A DNA stretch of 64,000 nt from Octopus vulgaris (GCA_951406725.2 OX597842.1:24366001-24430000), one strand, 5' to 3'; positions 37,183 through 50,830 are shown, counted from the first letter of the stretch. The notes: generated by a model not told the origin, from the letters alone. A program made the numbers and translations.

Positions 37183-38784
37183 ATGAATCCTCAAGAGATG
37201 ACAAAAGAAAGAAAAAGTTATCACACCAATGTGATATCTGTAAAAAGACTTTTTCTAATAAGGGAAATCTCACTGTTCACAAATTCATTCATGCAGGGGG
37301 GAAACAATATCATTGTGATATTTGTGGTAAATCAATCTCTCAGAAAAGTAACCTTACCTCTCACAAATACATTCATACAGGAGAGAAACGGTATCGCTGT
37401 GATATTTGTGGAAAGTCATTCTTTCAGAAGGTTCACCTGACTTCTCACAAATACAGTCATACAGGTGAGAAACCATATCAATGTCGTATTTGTGGTAAAT
37501 CATTCTCTAAAAAATTAACCTTACTTCTCACAAATACATTCATACAGGAGACAAACCATATCGCTGTGATATTTGTGGTAAATCATTCTCTCAAACAAAT
37601 AGTCTCACTTACCACAAATTCAGTCATACAGGGGAGAAACCACATCCCTGTGATATATGTGGTATATCATTCTCCCAGTTAGGTGACTTAACTAAACACA
37701 AATCCATTCATACAGGAGAGAAACCTTATCACTGTGATATCTGTGGAAAGTCATTCTCCCAGAAGATTCATCTAACTTCTCACAAAAATGTTCATACAGG
37801 AGAGAATTCATATCACTGTGATGTCTGTGGTAAATCATTCTATCATAAAAGTAGCCTTCTTTCTCACAAAGACATTCACTTAGGAGAGAAACCACATCAC
37901 TGTGATATCTGTGATAAATCATTCCGCCTGATAGGTAGCTTAACAAGACACAAACACATTCATACAAGAGAGAAACCATATCGTTGTGATATCTGTGGAG
38001 AGTCATTCACTCAGAAGACTAGTCTTACTTCTCATAAATACACTCACACAGGAGAGAAACCATATGAATGTGATATTTGTGGTAAATCATTCTCTCGAAA
38101 CCGTACCCTTATGTATCACAAATCCATTAATACTGGCGAGAAACCATATCACTGTGATATTTGTGGTGAATCATTCTCTCGGAACACTGGCCTTGCTTAT
38201 CATAAATCCATTCATACAGGAGAGAAACCATATCAATGCGATATTTGTGTAAATCCAAAAGTTATTTAACAGAGAACCATATCAGTGTGATATCTGTGGT
38301 AAAACGTTCTCATAAAAGTAACCTTAGTAATCATACATACACTCATACTGGAGAGAAACTATATCCCTGTGACATTTGTGGTAAATCATTCTCTCAAAAA
38401 AGTAGCCTTACTTATCACAAATACACTCATGCAGGGGAGAAACCACATCACTGTGATGTTTGTGGTAACTCATTCCCTTGTTTGAGCGCTTTAACCTCTC
38501 ATAAATACATTCACACAGGAGAGCAATCATATCAATGTAATATCTGTAGCACAGCATTCTCCCGAAAAAGTAGTTTATCTGTGCACAAACGGACTCATAC
38601 AGGAGACAAGCCATATCCCTGTGACATTTGTGGTAAATCATTTTTTTATCAAAGCAAGTTAACCTCTCATAAATACATTCATACAGGAGAGAAACCATAT
38701 TCCTGTGATATCTGTGGTAAATCATTCTCTCATAAAAGTAACTTTAATAGACACAAATACATTCATACAGGAGAGAAACGATAG
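37183..38784 (+). pseudogene. C2H2 zinc-finger pseudogene, locus E (about 19 fingers, multiple frameshifts)
   Basis: MNPQEM start, frameshift at ~37212, another at ~37512, degenerate segment ~38250-38310; ends GEKR-TAG. Confidence 0.85.
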
Positions 38785-39179
38785 CACTGTGATATCTGCA
38801 GTAAATAATTGTGTGTTCAGTATTATTTAAGATCACAATTCCACTCATGCTAGATATGTCATTGTGATATCTGTGTTAAATCTTTCACTCAGGAATGTGC
38901 TAGGGGTCCAAACATGTCCCTTGTCTAACTCATGAAACGGATGATACAGCATGATTATTTTATTCTAAATCCTAAAATCTCATCAGATTTTGTGAATTAA
39001 TTTAATAAACAGAAAGAAAATTAAAGTTGTCTTACTCTTTTTTCTCCTCTCATTTTATACGCAGAACATTCTTCCAAATGTTGTAATGGTGACACACACG
39101 TAAATTATAGAATTCACAGTGGATCAGTGTATGATAAAAGTCACACACGTCTCCAAACTAACCTACTATAGCGTTTATT

Positions 39180-39462
39180 TTCTCTCTATCCGCTCAGTCG
39201 AAGTCGACTCTTGGTCACTCGTTGGATCAGTGTCCTCCAGTCAGTTCTATCCTGGGCCGCTTCTTTCAGATTGGCCATGTCCATTCCGGTATCACTCTTG
39301 ATGGTGTCAAGCCAGCGGGTTCTTGGTCGACCTCTTCCTCTTTTGCCACTGACCATTCCGAGCATGATGTCCTTCTCCAGGGATTTTCTCCGCATAATAT
39401 GACCGAAATATGCCAATCTATCCTTGGTGATCCCATCTTCTAGCGACATTTTCGGCCTTTTC
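39180..39462 (-). mobile_element. RTE LINE 3' end (duplicate of 5375-5657)
   Basis: ORF 39186-39449 is nearly identical to 5388-5651. Confidence 0.85.
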
Positions 39463-39744
39463 TGCTTAAGAACTTCTCTATTGGTGAGCCTCGCTGTTCA
39501 TGGAATCTGTTGATATTATTTAATTAAATATCAAGATACAGTGAATGGGAGACTTTTACATTTAAACCGCCCGAAATTTCATCTAGTTGTAACTTCTCCC
39601 CGTTAATTAAGCCTTCAAATTAGTGCTGAAAGAAGAAATAACGTTTGATTTCATGGTAGGGGTGAAACATCAGTGATATTAAAATGGCTCAGAGTTACTT
39701 CCCTTAGCATTAAACAGAAAGAAATGCCTTCAAACTTTATATTT

Positions 39745-40592
39745 CGTCTTTATTCCTCTTCGACCAGATCCAGCTGGAATAGCTCTCTGCTGTCTCTGAT
39801 ATTGCCTCTAGAGCATTGCTCATGTTCTTCCCAGAGACTGAGGGTTGTTGGATCTTTTCCTTCTGAACGGCAGTTTTCTACACAATTTCTAGTAACTAAA
39901 CACTTTTAAACTTTGTATACTGGTAGAATGTGTTTATAAAACATTATTTTCTATTGGCTTTATTGAGAAAATTTTATAGTTTGTAACATATTTCGTCTTT
40001 AATTTCGAGTATTTTGGCAATTTTAACCAATCGCTGACCTCCATTGACGTAAACAACATTCCGTGCTGTATGAATATGTCCCTCGTTTAAGAAACAGATT
40101 GGATGTTTTATAAACACATTCTACCAGTATACGAAGTTTTGTTTAGTTAACCAGAAATTGTGTTGAAAATTGACGTTCAAAAGGAAAAGATCCGGGTTGT
40201 TTCTTTAAAGGTGATTTGCCCACAAGATCTCTCGATCGAACCTCCATGGCGAGAAACTTCCCTCGGAAGTTTAGTTCCTCCAACATGGCGTATTTTTCAA
40301 TCTTCCACAGGAGCGCTTCACTTGTCTTCCTTTCAAACGGCATTCTTTGTATCAATATATAGGACAGGTCCCGCTTTTAGACGCAGAAAATGATTTTAGC
40401 TCAATAGAGGGCATAGGATTGGTTAAAATTCGAAAAATTAAACTACGTTAAAATTACAAATTACAATTTTCTCAAGAAGGCCAAAAGAAAAAGATGTTTT
40501 ATTTTGACACATTCTACCAGTATACGAAGTTTAAAACTTTTTAGTTACCTAGAAATTATGTTAAAAAACTGTCGTTCAAAAGGAAAAGATCC
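39745..40592 (-). mobile_element. RLE-type LINE fragment with GGATCTTTTC-family MITEs (duplicate of 4242-5095)
   Basis: Reverse complement of 4242-5095, including the TSD GGGTTGTT. Confidence 0.65.
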
Positions 40593-40759
40593 GTGGTTTC
40601 TCTTTCGTACGCTCGTGTTGTTGTTGTTGCCATCAACACCGCTATTGTTTACATTAATTTGAAATTTGCCAGCAAAATCAAATAAAATGGCAATGTTCTA
40701 TAAGTTGTACAAGCTTATATGCTTTATATGAAAATAAAGAAGTTAAGTATGTTATGTGA

Positions 40760-41069
40760 CTCCGGCGTAACCGTAACCGCCAAAAACGGGTGGTGTGGCT
40801 ATTCGTTACCTTGGCCCAATTCACATTTTCAAATATTTATTATAGTTATAAACAAACATTAACAGTTTACAACCTTAAATTCAGACAAAAATGAGTAAAT
40901 ACGAAGCGCACAACAACCGGATTGTTAGTTCGTTTCGTTGACATTCCGTGTCGGCTTTTCTATGTGTCTTCCAGTAATATTTCCCCCTCGTTCGAGTGTT
41001 GGCTAATAAACAAACATAATTAAAAATATTTCTTATAAAACAGCGACTAAATTATCATCAGAGGTAAGT
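40760..41069 (+). promoter_or_regulatory. Putative promoter and exon 1 of locus F (donor at 41063/41064)
   Basis: Reverse complement of 3781-4075 with a small insertion near 41000. Confidence 0.65.
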
Positions 41070-43369
41070 TGTAATACATATTTTCTTTTTAGTAAAAGCC
41101 TATGTATCTGGCTAATTGGAAAATCCAGACAGTATTGATAGTTTTAAATAATACTAGTCTGAAATCGATATTAATTCTATTGTCCAGTGAAGCACCTGGT
41201 TTTTAATTTCAATTATTTTGGTAGATAATCCATTTGCTGGTTGTGTCCATTCAAAGCTGTTTGTTGTTTTATCACAGATGTATCATTTGCTAAACATCTG
41301 TATTTGCTGTTTATTCTGTCAAAATGATACACGTTAATAATTCTGTCCATTTCAGCTTCTCAGAATAAATAATCTGCAACATCATAAAACATCAATAGCT
41401 AACTGAAACATGTGGCCAGTGATAGCACTATGATAAAAAGCAGATACAGCCTTTTGTAGACAGAATCGGCAAGGGTCATAAACTGGCGATGGGTACTACT
41501 CTAGAAGAGTGGTCCCGGTGTGCGCACTCGCGCTTGTTAGTCGTGACTAGTGGATCCTTACTTTGTGTTTTTGTTTTATTTAATTAGTTAAAAAAGAAAT
41601 TATTTACTAAAGAATATGAAAACTAAAAGAATATATCACACACATTTTATTTGATTTGTGTAAAAAAATCATATACACTGTTCTAAGAAATAATTTATTT
41701 ACTTTCTTTAAAAAATTCTTTTATTTTATTCTGTAAAATCAAATCATTTGCATACGCGCAAGTCATTGTAGGATCGACTACTTACGACTAGCTAGCGCGT
41801 ACCGGGTCCAGTCTTCGCTAGTAGTACCTGTGTTTTTGTGTTTTATTTACTTTATTTTAAAAAGAAAGGCGATCTTACGGTATAAGTACCGGTGTACTTC
41901 CGTAAGTACCGGATACATTTCAAAAAAGTGTTTTTTTTATATGTGGGTGGGGGGGGGGGGGAGAAAAGGGTTTATGTTATCTTCAGAAATGTAAACAAGG
42001 TCACGTGTGTACCTATACCGAAGGATCGCCATTCTGTCCTGGCTCTACTCTTCATACGTCAATTCACAGAACACTTTCTCTAAATTAGTGACCACACCTT
42101 CAACATATGTGAGTGCAGTTTGTTTTTATTATTAATAAAGTTACGAGAGGAAAAGTCATGATGGGTTGGTTCACTAAATTGTAGTTTATGTTTATGTTTG
42201 ATCTGTTACAGAAGTTGTAACAATCATGAACATTACCTAATTTCATTAATAATAGATCTGCTCAGTCAAGGATAACCTAGGGTTAAACAGTAGTCACTTA
42301 TCATATTATTGTCCAATATCCTATAGTTGAACCCTTTATTGTTTAAACCGGCCATATCAGGCCCAGATATTCTGCATGTTTTATATTCAAACTGGCGGTA
42401 TCTGGCCTCTCACACCTAACCTACATTGACATTCTAGAAATAAACAATCACATCATTGAAACCTTAAAGCTATAAGATAATGCATGATTAATTCAAAACA
42501 ATTTGAGTGAAAAAGAATTACATTTAACAGAATAATCTGAACACTAAAGGGATAATGTTTTCCATAATATCTGAAGGAAGAGGAACTGAAGTCCGTGTAT
42601 ATGTAGACATTACACAAGGTTGTATCATATAATTTTAATAACAAAATAAATTTCAAAGACCACACCCTTTTGTTACTAACCCGTCCAAAACCGGCTCTGG
42701 CTCTGTGCTAAAATGTCTTGTTTTCATAAGTTTTGAATTAAAGTCCTCCACCAAACCTTAGTTCCAATTTATGTTCCTAACACTAGTTGAATGATAACTA
42801 AGTTAGTTTACTAAGTTCTTTATTATATTTAAAATAATTGAAAGAAACACACTGAATCTCAGCAGAAATATGGTAACAAAAGGGTTACCATATTATAAAT
42901 TACCATAAATAAATTTCAAAGACAAATTAAAGGATTATATCCACAGTTTATCATTATGAAGATGTAGTTATATTTTTTTTATAGTTGAATCTCTGCTTTT
43001 TGCGTCTTTCCTATATCTTCTTCTGTTTCTGTGTCATTTCAGGAGGTGAAATGTTAGTGATACTTCATGAATATTGATCATCTAATGGAAGATGTTATAA
43101 ATATTTGACATAACTCTGTTTATACGATTTGTCTATGGTGGAAAACTGTGAAATATTTCTTCTGAATTAATGGCAACATTTGTTTCCATCATTGCCTGTA
43201 ATATTTGCTAAAGTCTTTCACATTCTGTTTGGACCGGGAGATATCTGCAAAGGTGTTTGTATCATCTTCAGATATTGATGAAGATCAGAACTGCTGGAAA
43301 TATAAGCAATAGAAATATATAAAAAAGGAAGCAAAATTATATTTTGTGTGTGTATACTATAGAACAATA

Positions 43370-44761
43370 ATGAATCCTCAAGAGATGACAAAAGAAAGAA
43401 AAACGTTATCATACCGATGTGATATCTGTAAAAAGACTTTTTCTAATAAGGGAAATCTCACTGTTCACAAATTCATTCATGCAGGGGGGAAACAATATCA
43501 TTGTGATATTTGTGGTAAATCATTCTGTCATATCAGTAGCCTTACCTCTCACAAATACAGTCATACAGGTGAGAAACCATATCAGTGTGATATTTGTGGT
43601 AAATCATTCACTCATAAGAATAGACTTACCTCTCACAAATCCATTCATACAGGAGAGAAACCATATAAATGTGATATTTGTGGTAAATCATTCTCTGATA
43701 AAAGTAACCTTTCTTCTCACAAATACATTCATACAGGAGAGAAACCATATCAGTGTGATATTTGTGGTAAATCATTCTCTGATAAAAGTCACCTTTCTTC
43801 TCACAAATACATTCATACAGGTGAGAAACCATATCAGTGTGATATTTGTGGTAAATCATTCACTCATAAGCATAGACTTACTTCTCACAAATCCATTCAT
43901 ACAGGAGAGAAACCATATAAATGTGATATTTGTGGTAAATCATTCTCTGATAAAAGTAACCTTTCTTCTCACAAATACATTCATACAGGAGAGAAACCAT
44001 ATCAGTGTGATATTTGTGGTAAATCATTCACTCATAAGCATAGACTTACCTCTCACAAATCCATTCATACAGGAGAGAAACCATATAAATGTGATATTTG
44101 TGGTAAATCATTCTCAGATAAAAGTAACCTTACAAGGCACAAATCCACTCATACAGGAGAGAAACCTTATCACTGTGATATTTGTGGTAAATCATTCTCT
44201 CATATCAGTAGCCTTACCTCTCACAAATACAGTCATACAGGTGAGAAACCATATCAGTGTGATATTTGTGGTAAATCATTCACTCATAAGCATAGACTTA
44301 CTTCTCACAAATCCATTCATACAGGAGAGAAACCATATGAATGTGATATTTGTGGTAAATCATTCTCTGATAAAAGTCACCTTTCTTCTCACAAATACAT
44401 TCATACAGGAGAAAAACCATATCAGTGTGATATTTGTGGTAAATCATTCTCTCAAAAGAGTGGCCTTATTTCTCACAAATCCATTCATACAGAAGAGAAA
44501 CCATATGAATGTGATATTTGTGGTAAATCATTCTCCCATAAGCACAGCCTTACTTCTCACATATCCATTCATACAGGAGAAAAACTTTATCACTGTGATA
44601 TTTGTGGTAAATCATTCTCTCAGAGAAGTAACCTTACTAGACACAAATCCACTCATACAGGAGAGAAACCTTATCACTGTGATGTCTGTGGTAAATCATT
44701 CTCTCAAAAAAGTCAACTTTCTTCCCACAAATCCATTCATACAGGAGAGAAACCTCATTAA
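43370..44761 (+). CDS. C2H2 zinc-finger protein, locus F (16 fingers; three more in-frame fingers after TAA, to 45010)
   Basis: ORF 43346-44761; ATG at 43370; acceptor at 43042. Confidence 0.88.
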   Translation: MNPQEMTKERKTLSYRCDICKKTFSNKGNLTVHKFIHAGGKQYHCDICGKSFCHISSLTSHKYSHTGEKPYQCDICGKSFTHKNRLTSHKSIHTGEKPYKCDICGKSFSDKSNLSSHKYIHTGEKPYQCDICGKSFSDKSHLSSHKYIHTGEKPYQCDICGKSFTHKHRLTSHKSIHTGEKPYKCDICGKSFSDKSNLSSHKYIHTGEKPYQCDICGKSFTHKHRLTSHKSIHTGEKPYKCDICGKSFSDKSNLTRHKSTHTGEKPYHCDICGKSFSHISSLTSHKYSHTGEKPYQCDICGKSFTHKHRLTSHKSIHTGEKPYECDICGKSFSDKSHLSSHKYIHTGEKPYQCDICGKSFSQKSGLISHKSIHTEEKPYECDICGKSFSHKHSLTSHISIHTGEKLYHCDICGKSFSQRSNLTRHKSTHTGEKPYHCDVCGKSFSQKSQLSSHKSIHTGEKPH

Positions 44762-45043
44762 TGTGATGTCTGCGGAATGTCATTCTCTCAAAGACGTTAC
44801 CTTGATTCTCACAAATACATTCATACAGGAGAGAAACCATATCAATGTCGTATTTGTGGTAAATCATTCTCCCGTAAGCATAGCCTTACCTATCACAAAT
44901 CCATTCATACTGGAGGGAAACTGTATGAGTGTGATATTTGTGGTAAATCATTGTCTTGCTTGCGCTCTTTAACCTCTCCTAAAAACATTCATACAGGAGA
45001 GAAACCATAGCACTGTAATATCTGCAGTAAATCATTCTAAGTC

Positions 45044-45816
45044 GGATCTTTTCCTCTTGAACGGCACTTTTCAACACAATTTCTAGTTAATTAAACACTT
45101 TTAAACTTTGTATACTGGTAGAATGTGTGAAAAGAAAACGTTTCTTTCTCTTGGCTTTCTTGAGACAATTGTAATTTGTAAGTTTAATGTAGTTTAATTT
45201 TTCGAATTTTAACCAATCCTATGCCCTCTATTGAGCTAAAATCATTTGCTGCGTCTAAAACTAAGACAGCATCCCTGTCACTAACCCTAACCCTAAATTT
45301 TAGCCTTTCAGTTTGTTTGTTTTTTATTAATTAAGGATAATAATTAAGAAAATTTAATTTAAGGATAATAATTAAGAAAAAAAAATGAAAGGCTAAAACA
45401 AAAGAAAAAAACTCAACTAAAAAACAAAACGAATAATTTTAGACACACGTGTCTAAAATTATTCGTTTTGTTTTTTAGTTGAGTTTTTTTCTTTTGTTTT
45501 AGCCTTTCATTTTTTTTCTTAATTATTATCCTTAAATTAATTTAACAATTAAGAAAAAAAAACGAAAGGCTAAAATTTAGGGTTAGAGTGATGTTGTCTC
45601 AGTTTTAGACGCAGCAAATGATTTAGCTCATTAGAGGCCATTGATTGGTTAAAATTCGAAAAATTCAACTACGTTAAACTTACAAATTGCAATTTTCTTA
45701 AGAAAGCCAAGAGAAAAAAATGTTTTATTTTGACACATTCTACCAGTATACGAAGTTTAAAAGTGTTTAGTTAACTAGAAATTGTGTTGAAAACCGCCGT
45801 TCAAAAGAAAAAGATC
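45044..45816. mobile_element. Foldback palindrome (~770 bp) of the GGATCTTTTC family 3' of locus F
   Basis: Arms are reverse complements up to the centre AGACAC-AC-GTGTCT at ~45447. Confidence 0.85.
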
Positions 45817-47388
45817 AGGTATTTCTCCTGCATCTGTCTTACCAGAAATATATAGCATCAGTGGTGCTTTTCCCTGGCATGAACCCAAACTGCATCTCAT
45901 CTAAACTGACTCTCTCCCTAATTAGTTAATAATTATTTACTTTGTGTGAAAAAATTATTTACCTTGTTTTAAAATAAAAAAAATTATTTGATATACAGCC
46001 TTTAAATACATACCAAAATTCTTTGAGTGTAGTCCGCCCTTGAGTCTAATACTCAGGGTAATTTTTAGGGGGCTGTACCTCTGAAAAACCTAAACCTTGT
46101 GTATAATATGCACCCTTTCTCTAACCTGAGTCAAGGAGGTCTACATAACATCCTTGGTTTGTAAAAATGTATATGGTAACATCCTTTCTTATTATTGTAT
46201 ATATAACATAATGCAAACATGTAGCTTTTTTGTGTATTTTGTTTGCAGAAAATAAAGAAATAACAGTAATAACGTTTAATAAATGTTGCTTACTGCAAGT
46301 TATGGATGATTCTTTTATGACTTCATTGCTTTCAGGCTTAGCTTAAGGTATTTTCACGCCCGACATCACAAATTGCGTCTGAATAAACATTGCCGGACAG
46401 CAAATAGAGACTCAGACGTTGCTTAGAAAATATTTTTCATTTTAACCTCGTATATAATCCACACCTGGGATTTTGACCTTTAAATTTTTGGGGGGAAATG
46501 TGGATTATACTCGAAGACTTACAGTACGTGCTTTGCGCATGTACGCATCTATTAATTTGCATACGTGCACTCGCGCTAGGTATTCGTTGGATCGACTAGT
46601 CACAACTAGCTAGCGCGATGGCGCGCAGCGGGACCACTTTACGTAAATAGTACCAGGCGTCTATAACCAGTCAAGTCGTGAGTCACTCTTGTAATTAATA
46701 TATATATAACAATTATGGGTGGTTTTACGTTTTCCACAATGATATGTACTACCAGGGTGCCACCAATCGTATTGAATATGAGAAGGCTGTTTTTCCTGAG
46801 ATGTATGTTAACACGCAGATGTCTGTACTTCGTACAAGTTTGTGCAGAGCTTTTCCTTTTGAATGGCATATGTCAACACAATTTCTAGTTAACTAAACTC
46901 TTTTAAACTTCGTATACTGGTAGAATGTGTTTATAAAACATCATTTTATCTTGGCTTTTTTGAGAAAATTCTATAGTTTTTAACATATTTCCACTTTAAA
47001 ATCGAGCATTTCGGCAATTTTAACCAATCAAATACGTACATCTGGAGTCAAGACATACCGTGCTGTATGAATATGTCCCTTGTTTAAGAAACAGAGTGAG
47101 TTTATTTGCAATTGCAAAGAAAAAAAAGGTACCCTTCCCCCACCCCTAACCCTAAAATAGATTGAAATGCAAAGATCGATACTAAGGTTATAATTGTGGG
47201 TGACAATTTCATACGACACTGCTACAGAAAATGGGATTTTTTTGTCGCGGTGTCATGAAAATGTCACCCATAATTATAACCCTAGTATCGATCTTTGCAT
47301 TACAATCTATTTGGGCTAGGGGTGGGGGAAGGGTATCTTTATCGTACCACTACTGCATAAATCTCTATGAGATATTTAGAAATGTATT

Positions 47389-47783
47389 GGATCTTTTCGG
47401 TTTGAATGGCAGTTTTTCTAGCGGTGTCATATGAAATTGTCACCCATAATTATGACCCTAGTATCGATCCATTGCATTTCAATCTCTTTTAGGGTTTGGG
47501 GTGGGGGGAAGGGTATCTTTTTTCTTCACAAATGTAAATAAACCCAATCTGTTTCTTAAACGAGGGACATATTCATACGGCACAATGTTTTCACCTCAAT
47601 AGACGTCATTGATTGCTTGAAATTGAAGAAAAAAGACAACAAATATCTTACAAACCGTAGAATTTTCTCAATAAAGCCAGGAGAAAAAGATGTTTTATAA
47701 ACACATTCTACCAGTATACGAAGTTTAAAAGTGTTTAGTCACCTAGAAATTATGTTAAAACCTGCCGTTCAAACCGAAAAGAC
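47389..47783. mobile_element. Complete GGATCTTTTC-family MITE
   Basis: GGATCTTTTCGGTTTGAATGGCAG...CTGCCGTTCAAACCGAAAAGACC. Confidence 0.75.
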
Positions 47784-48269
47784 CTACATACTCTGTTGTT
47801 GATGGTGAAATTCCAATGAAGGATCCTTGGATTTAGGTTAGAAATTGGCTCTTTCTCTATTGGCAAGTAGTTTTGAAATAAAACTGAACAATGGCATACA
47901 TATATACGTACATATATGCAGACTGTTGCTATAGCAACGACGCTAAGATACATAGAGTGAAGCCACTTGGGAAAGATTGACTCTAAACTCTGCTGTCCAT
48001 TCACACCAAGTGTTAACATTCTAGCTCTCTTCTGCTGTTTGCAGCAATGCTTGGAAGGAAGGTGTGTAGCGTGTGATTGTCACATTGAGCATGATAGAAA
48101 GTTGAGCAGAGAATCTGCATCAGATTTTGCCAAACTCAGGGCAATACCTGCTCAGAGTCCCACACAAATTTTCATCATTCTCGACACAATCAAGGGAACC
48201 TTGTATAACTTATTTCTTTATTACCCACAAGTGGCTAAACACAGAGAGGACAAACACGGACAGACGCAC

Positions 48270-48410
48270 GGGTTAAGTCCGTTATACAGACCCCGAAAGG
48301 ATGACAGGCAAAGTCGACCCCGGCGGAATTTGAACTCAGAACGTAAAGGCAGATGAAATATGGCTACGCATTTCGCCCTGCGTGCTAACGTTTCTGCCAG
48401 CTCGCCGCCT
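48270..48410 (-). mobile_element. Third tRNA-derived SINE family, 5' part (duplicate at ~63402-63530, plus)
   Basis: GGCGGCGAGCTGGCAGAAACGTTAGCACG...GAGTTCAAATTCC (B-box). Confidence 0.7.
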
Positions 48411-49471
48411 TGTATAATTAAAACCTGAGTGACCCCTGGTGGTCAGACAGGAAAGCAAAATGAAAATGAGATTTAAGAAGAGTAATCGCCCTCGACCTTC
48501 TTGAATATTTTAGAAGCTTCCTATAAACTTCCGGATGACATAGCAGTCAGGGACTTCTGGTATATCCCTAATATAAAGCAGAACATTCTAATTTTGTGCC
48601 ACCCTTGCGTTGACTCCTGACTCCTAGACATGCATTGACTCAGGTCACGCACATACACACCCGCAAGTGCATGTGTTCGCCTTATTTTGCTTTGAGACGT
48701 GGTTGCAAAATATGTTCATCTGATGTTACAAGCTTTTCCTTCAATTAACCTTATATGTCAACGCATTACCTCTGGATCTTGCCTGAGTAGGGTTTCCTCT
48801 CCGAAGACCTTCCGCTGTTCAGCTCTCTTGAGAATTTCCTACCATTGTCTTATTTTAACATTTCATCAGTGACTGGGAAATATATTTCCTTCACACTCCT
48901 TCTCTCACATGGTTACCATCTACTCAATGGCTCCATCGTATATTCACTAGATAACCACCATCGTTAGCATTTAATGAACAAACTTATCCCTTCGTTTATC
49001 TCTCATCACTGTATCTTAGCATCTAACACCAAGTATTTTCTATATTAAATAATATCAACAAATTATATAACTTCAAAACAAACATTTATTGTAGATCAGT
49101 TTGGAGAAATGTGTAACTTTTATCATACATTGATCAAGTGTGAATTCTATGCTGTATCATCAATTGTATAGGCTCATAAGGGACACGTTTGGATAGGTTT
49201 GCCAAATTAGAAAATCATATATATGGGACACTTTTAAAATCTCTCTCTATATATATATTTATACATGCCTACACACCCAACATAATATATAAAAGCAGAG
49301 AGATAAGTTAAAAAGATAATGCAATTGATTTAATGGGTTATGAAGTCAAAATTATTTAATACAAGCTAAAGAAATAATAAATTCTATTAAAGTGAAATAA
49401 TTTGAAAATATTTCTTTAATACAGACAACAGAGAAATAAGCAAACAATATCTTGTGTAATGTGTACATATA

Positions 49472-49833
49472 GGCGTAGGAGTGGCTGTGTGGTAAGTAGC
49501 TTGCTTACCAACCACATGGTCCCAGGTTCAGTCTCACTGTGTAGCACTTTGGACAAGTGTCTTCTACTATAGCCTCGGGCCGACCAAAACCTTGTGAGTG
49601 GATTTGGTAGACAGAAACGGAAAGAAGTCCATTGTATATATATGTTTGTCCCCCATACATCACTTGACAATCGATGCTGGTGTGTTTATGTCCACCATAA
49701 CTTAGCGGTTCAGCAAAAGTGACTAATAGAATAAGTACAAGGCTTACAAAGAATAAGTCCTGGGTCTATTTGCTCAACTAAAGGTGGTGCTCCAGCATGG
49801 CCACTGTCAAATGCCTGAAACATGTAAAATAGA
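49472..49833 (+). mobile_element. tRNA-derived SINE (duplicate at ~61990-62343, minus)
   Basis: Same family as 9480. Confidence 0.8.
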
Positions 49834-49869
49834 TAGGTTCCCCTATTTTCTTTCATGTATCCATATTTA

Positions 49870-50830
49870 TTATTGAAATATCACTTCCAGTATCGAACTG
49901 AAGTTTAATATGTATTCCAATCATTTTTACGTGTACAAATTTCCTCATTTGGGAGTCGAATTTTGTTTCTGTTGAGAGCCCTCTAGGATCTTTAATGGTT
50001 GATCTTCAGAATTTAGTTCTGCAGTGTGAATTTCTGTATATTCAGTTGTTGTAAGGCCTTTTACCAAAAGAAGACACCTGAACATCTCAGGTGTAAATTT
50101 TCTGAGTTTAAAAATATTCACACATTCTGTTAATTGTTCCTGCCTATGTGATAAAATCACCATCCTCTTTTTTCATTATATTCCAAAACACCATCCAAGT
50201 GTTAGAGAAGTTTTATCACCGAATATGTTAGACAGTAATTCTATTGTTTCTTTAAAACAAATTTCATTGAGTTTTTTTGGGTAATGTGAAATTAAAACAA
50301 TGTTCATACTCAGATGGGGCTCATTTATGTCATAATAACCTTACTTTTTCTGTGTCTGACCATGTCTTACAATCATCCTTAAAAATTACCTGCTGTAGTA
50401 CAATGCAACAGTTATACCGTCCTCTGGGTTATAACTGGATTCATAGAGTCCAAAACGTCGTCTGGCGAGAATGTACTTCCCTTATTTTTGGACTTCTTTG
50501 AATAAAGCTCCAATAATTGTTGTTGTTGCTGCCTTTGTCGTTGATTTTGCAACAGTTTTAAAGAAGCTAATTAGTCTTCCAAGATTTAACAATTTTGTAT
50601 CACAAAAATTTGTTAACTGACCTGCAAGAGCTTCGAAACCCTCATCGCCAGATGTTGTAACATAATTGTTCCGTACAATAAATAAGATAACCAGAAAATT
50701 GTAACAACAATCTAATGAACTAACAAATCTTTTACGAACCAACATTCAATATTACTTAGGAAGTAAACCAAGCGACACCTTCCGACTTCACTTCACTCTG
50801 AACCGCAAACTCACTCAGATCGTTACTATT
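49870..50830 (-). mobile_element. Gypsy-like LTR retrotransposon remnant (LTR end, PBS, decayed gag)
   Basis: Minus strand ...TGTTACAACA-TCTGGCGATGAG (PBS-like), then KVRLL...LPKKLNEICFKETIELLSNIFG...FKL..FTPEMFRCLLLVKGL. Confidence 0.6.
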
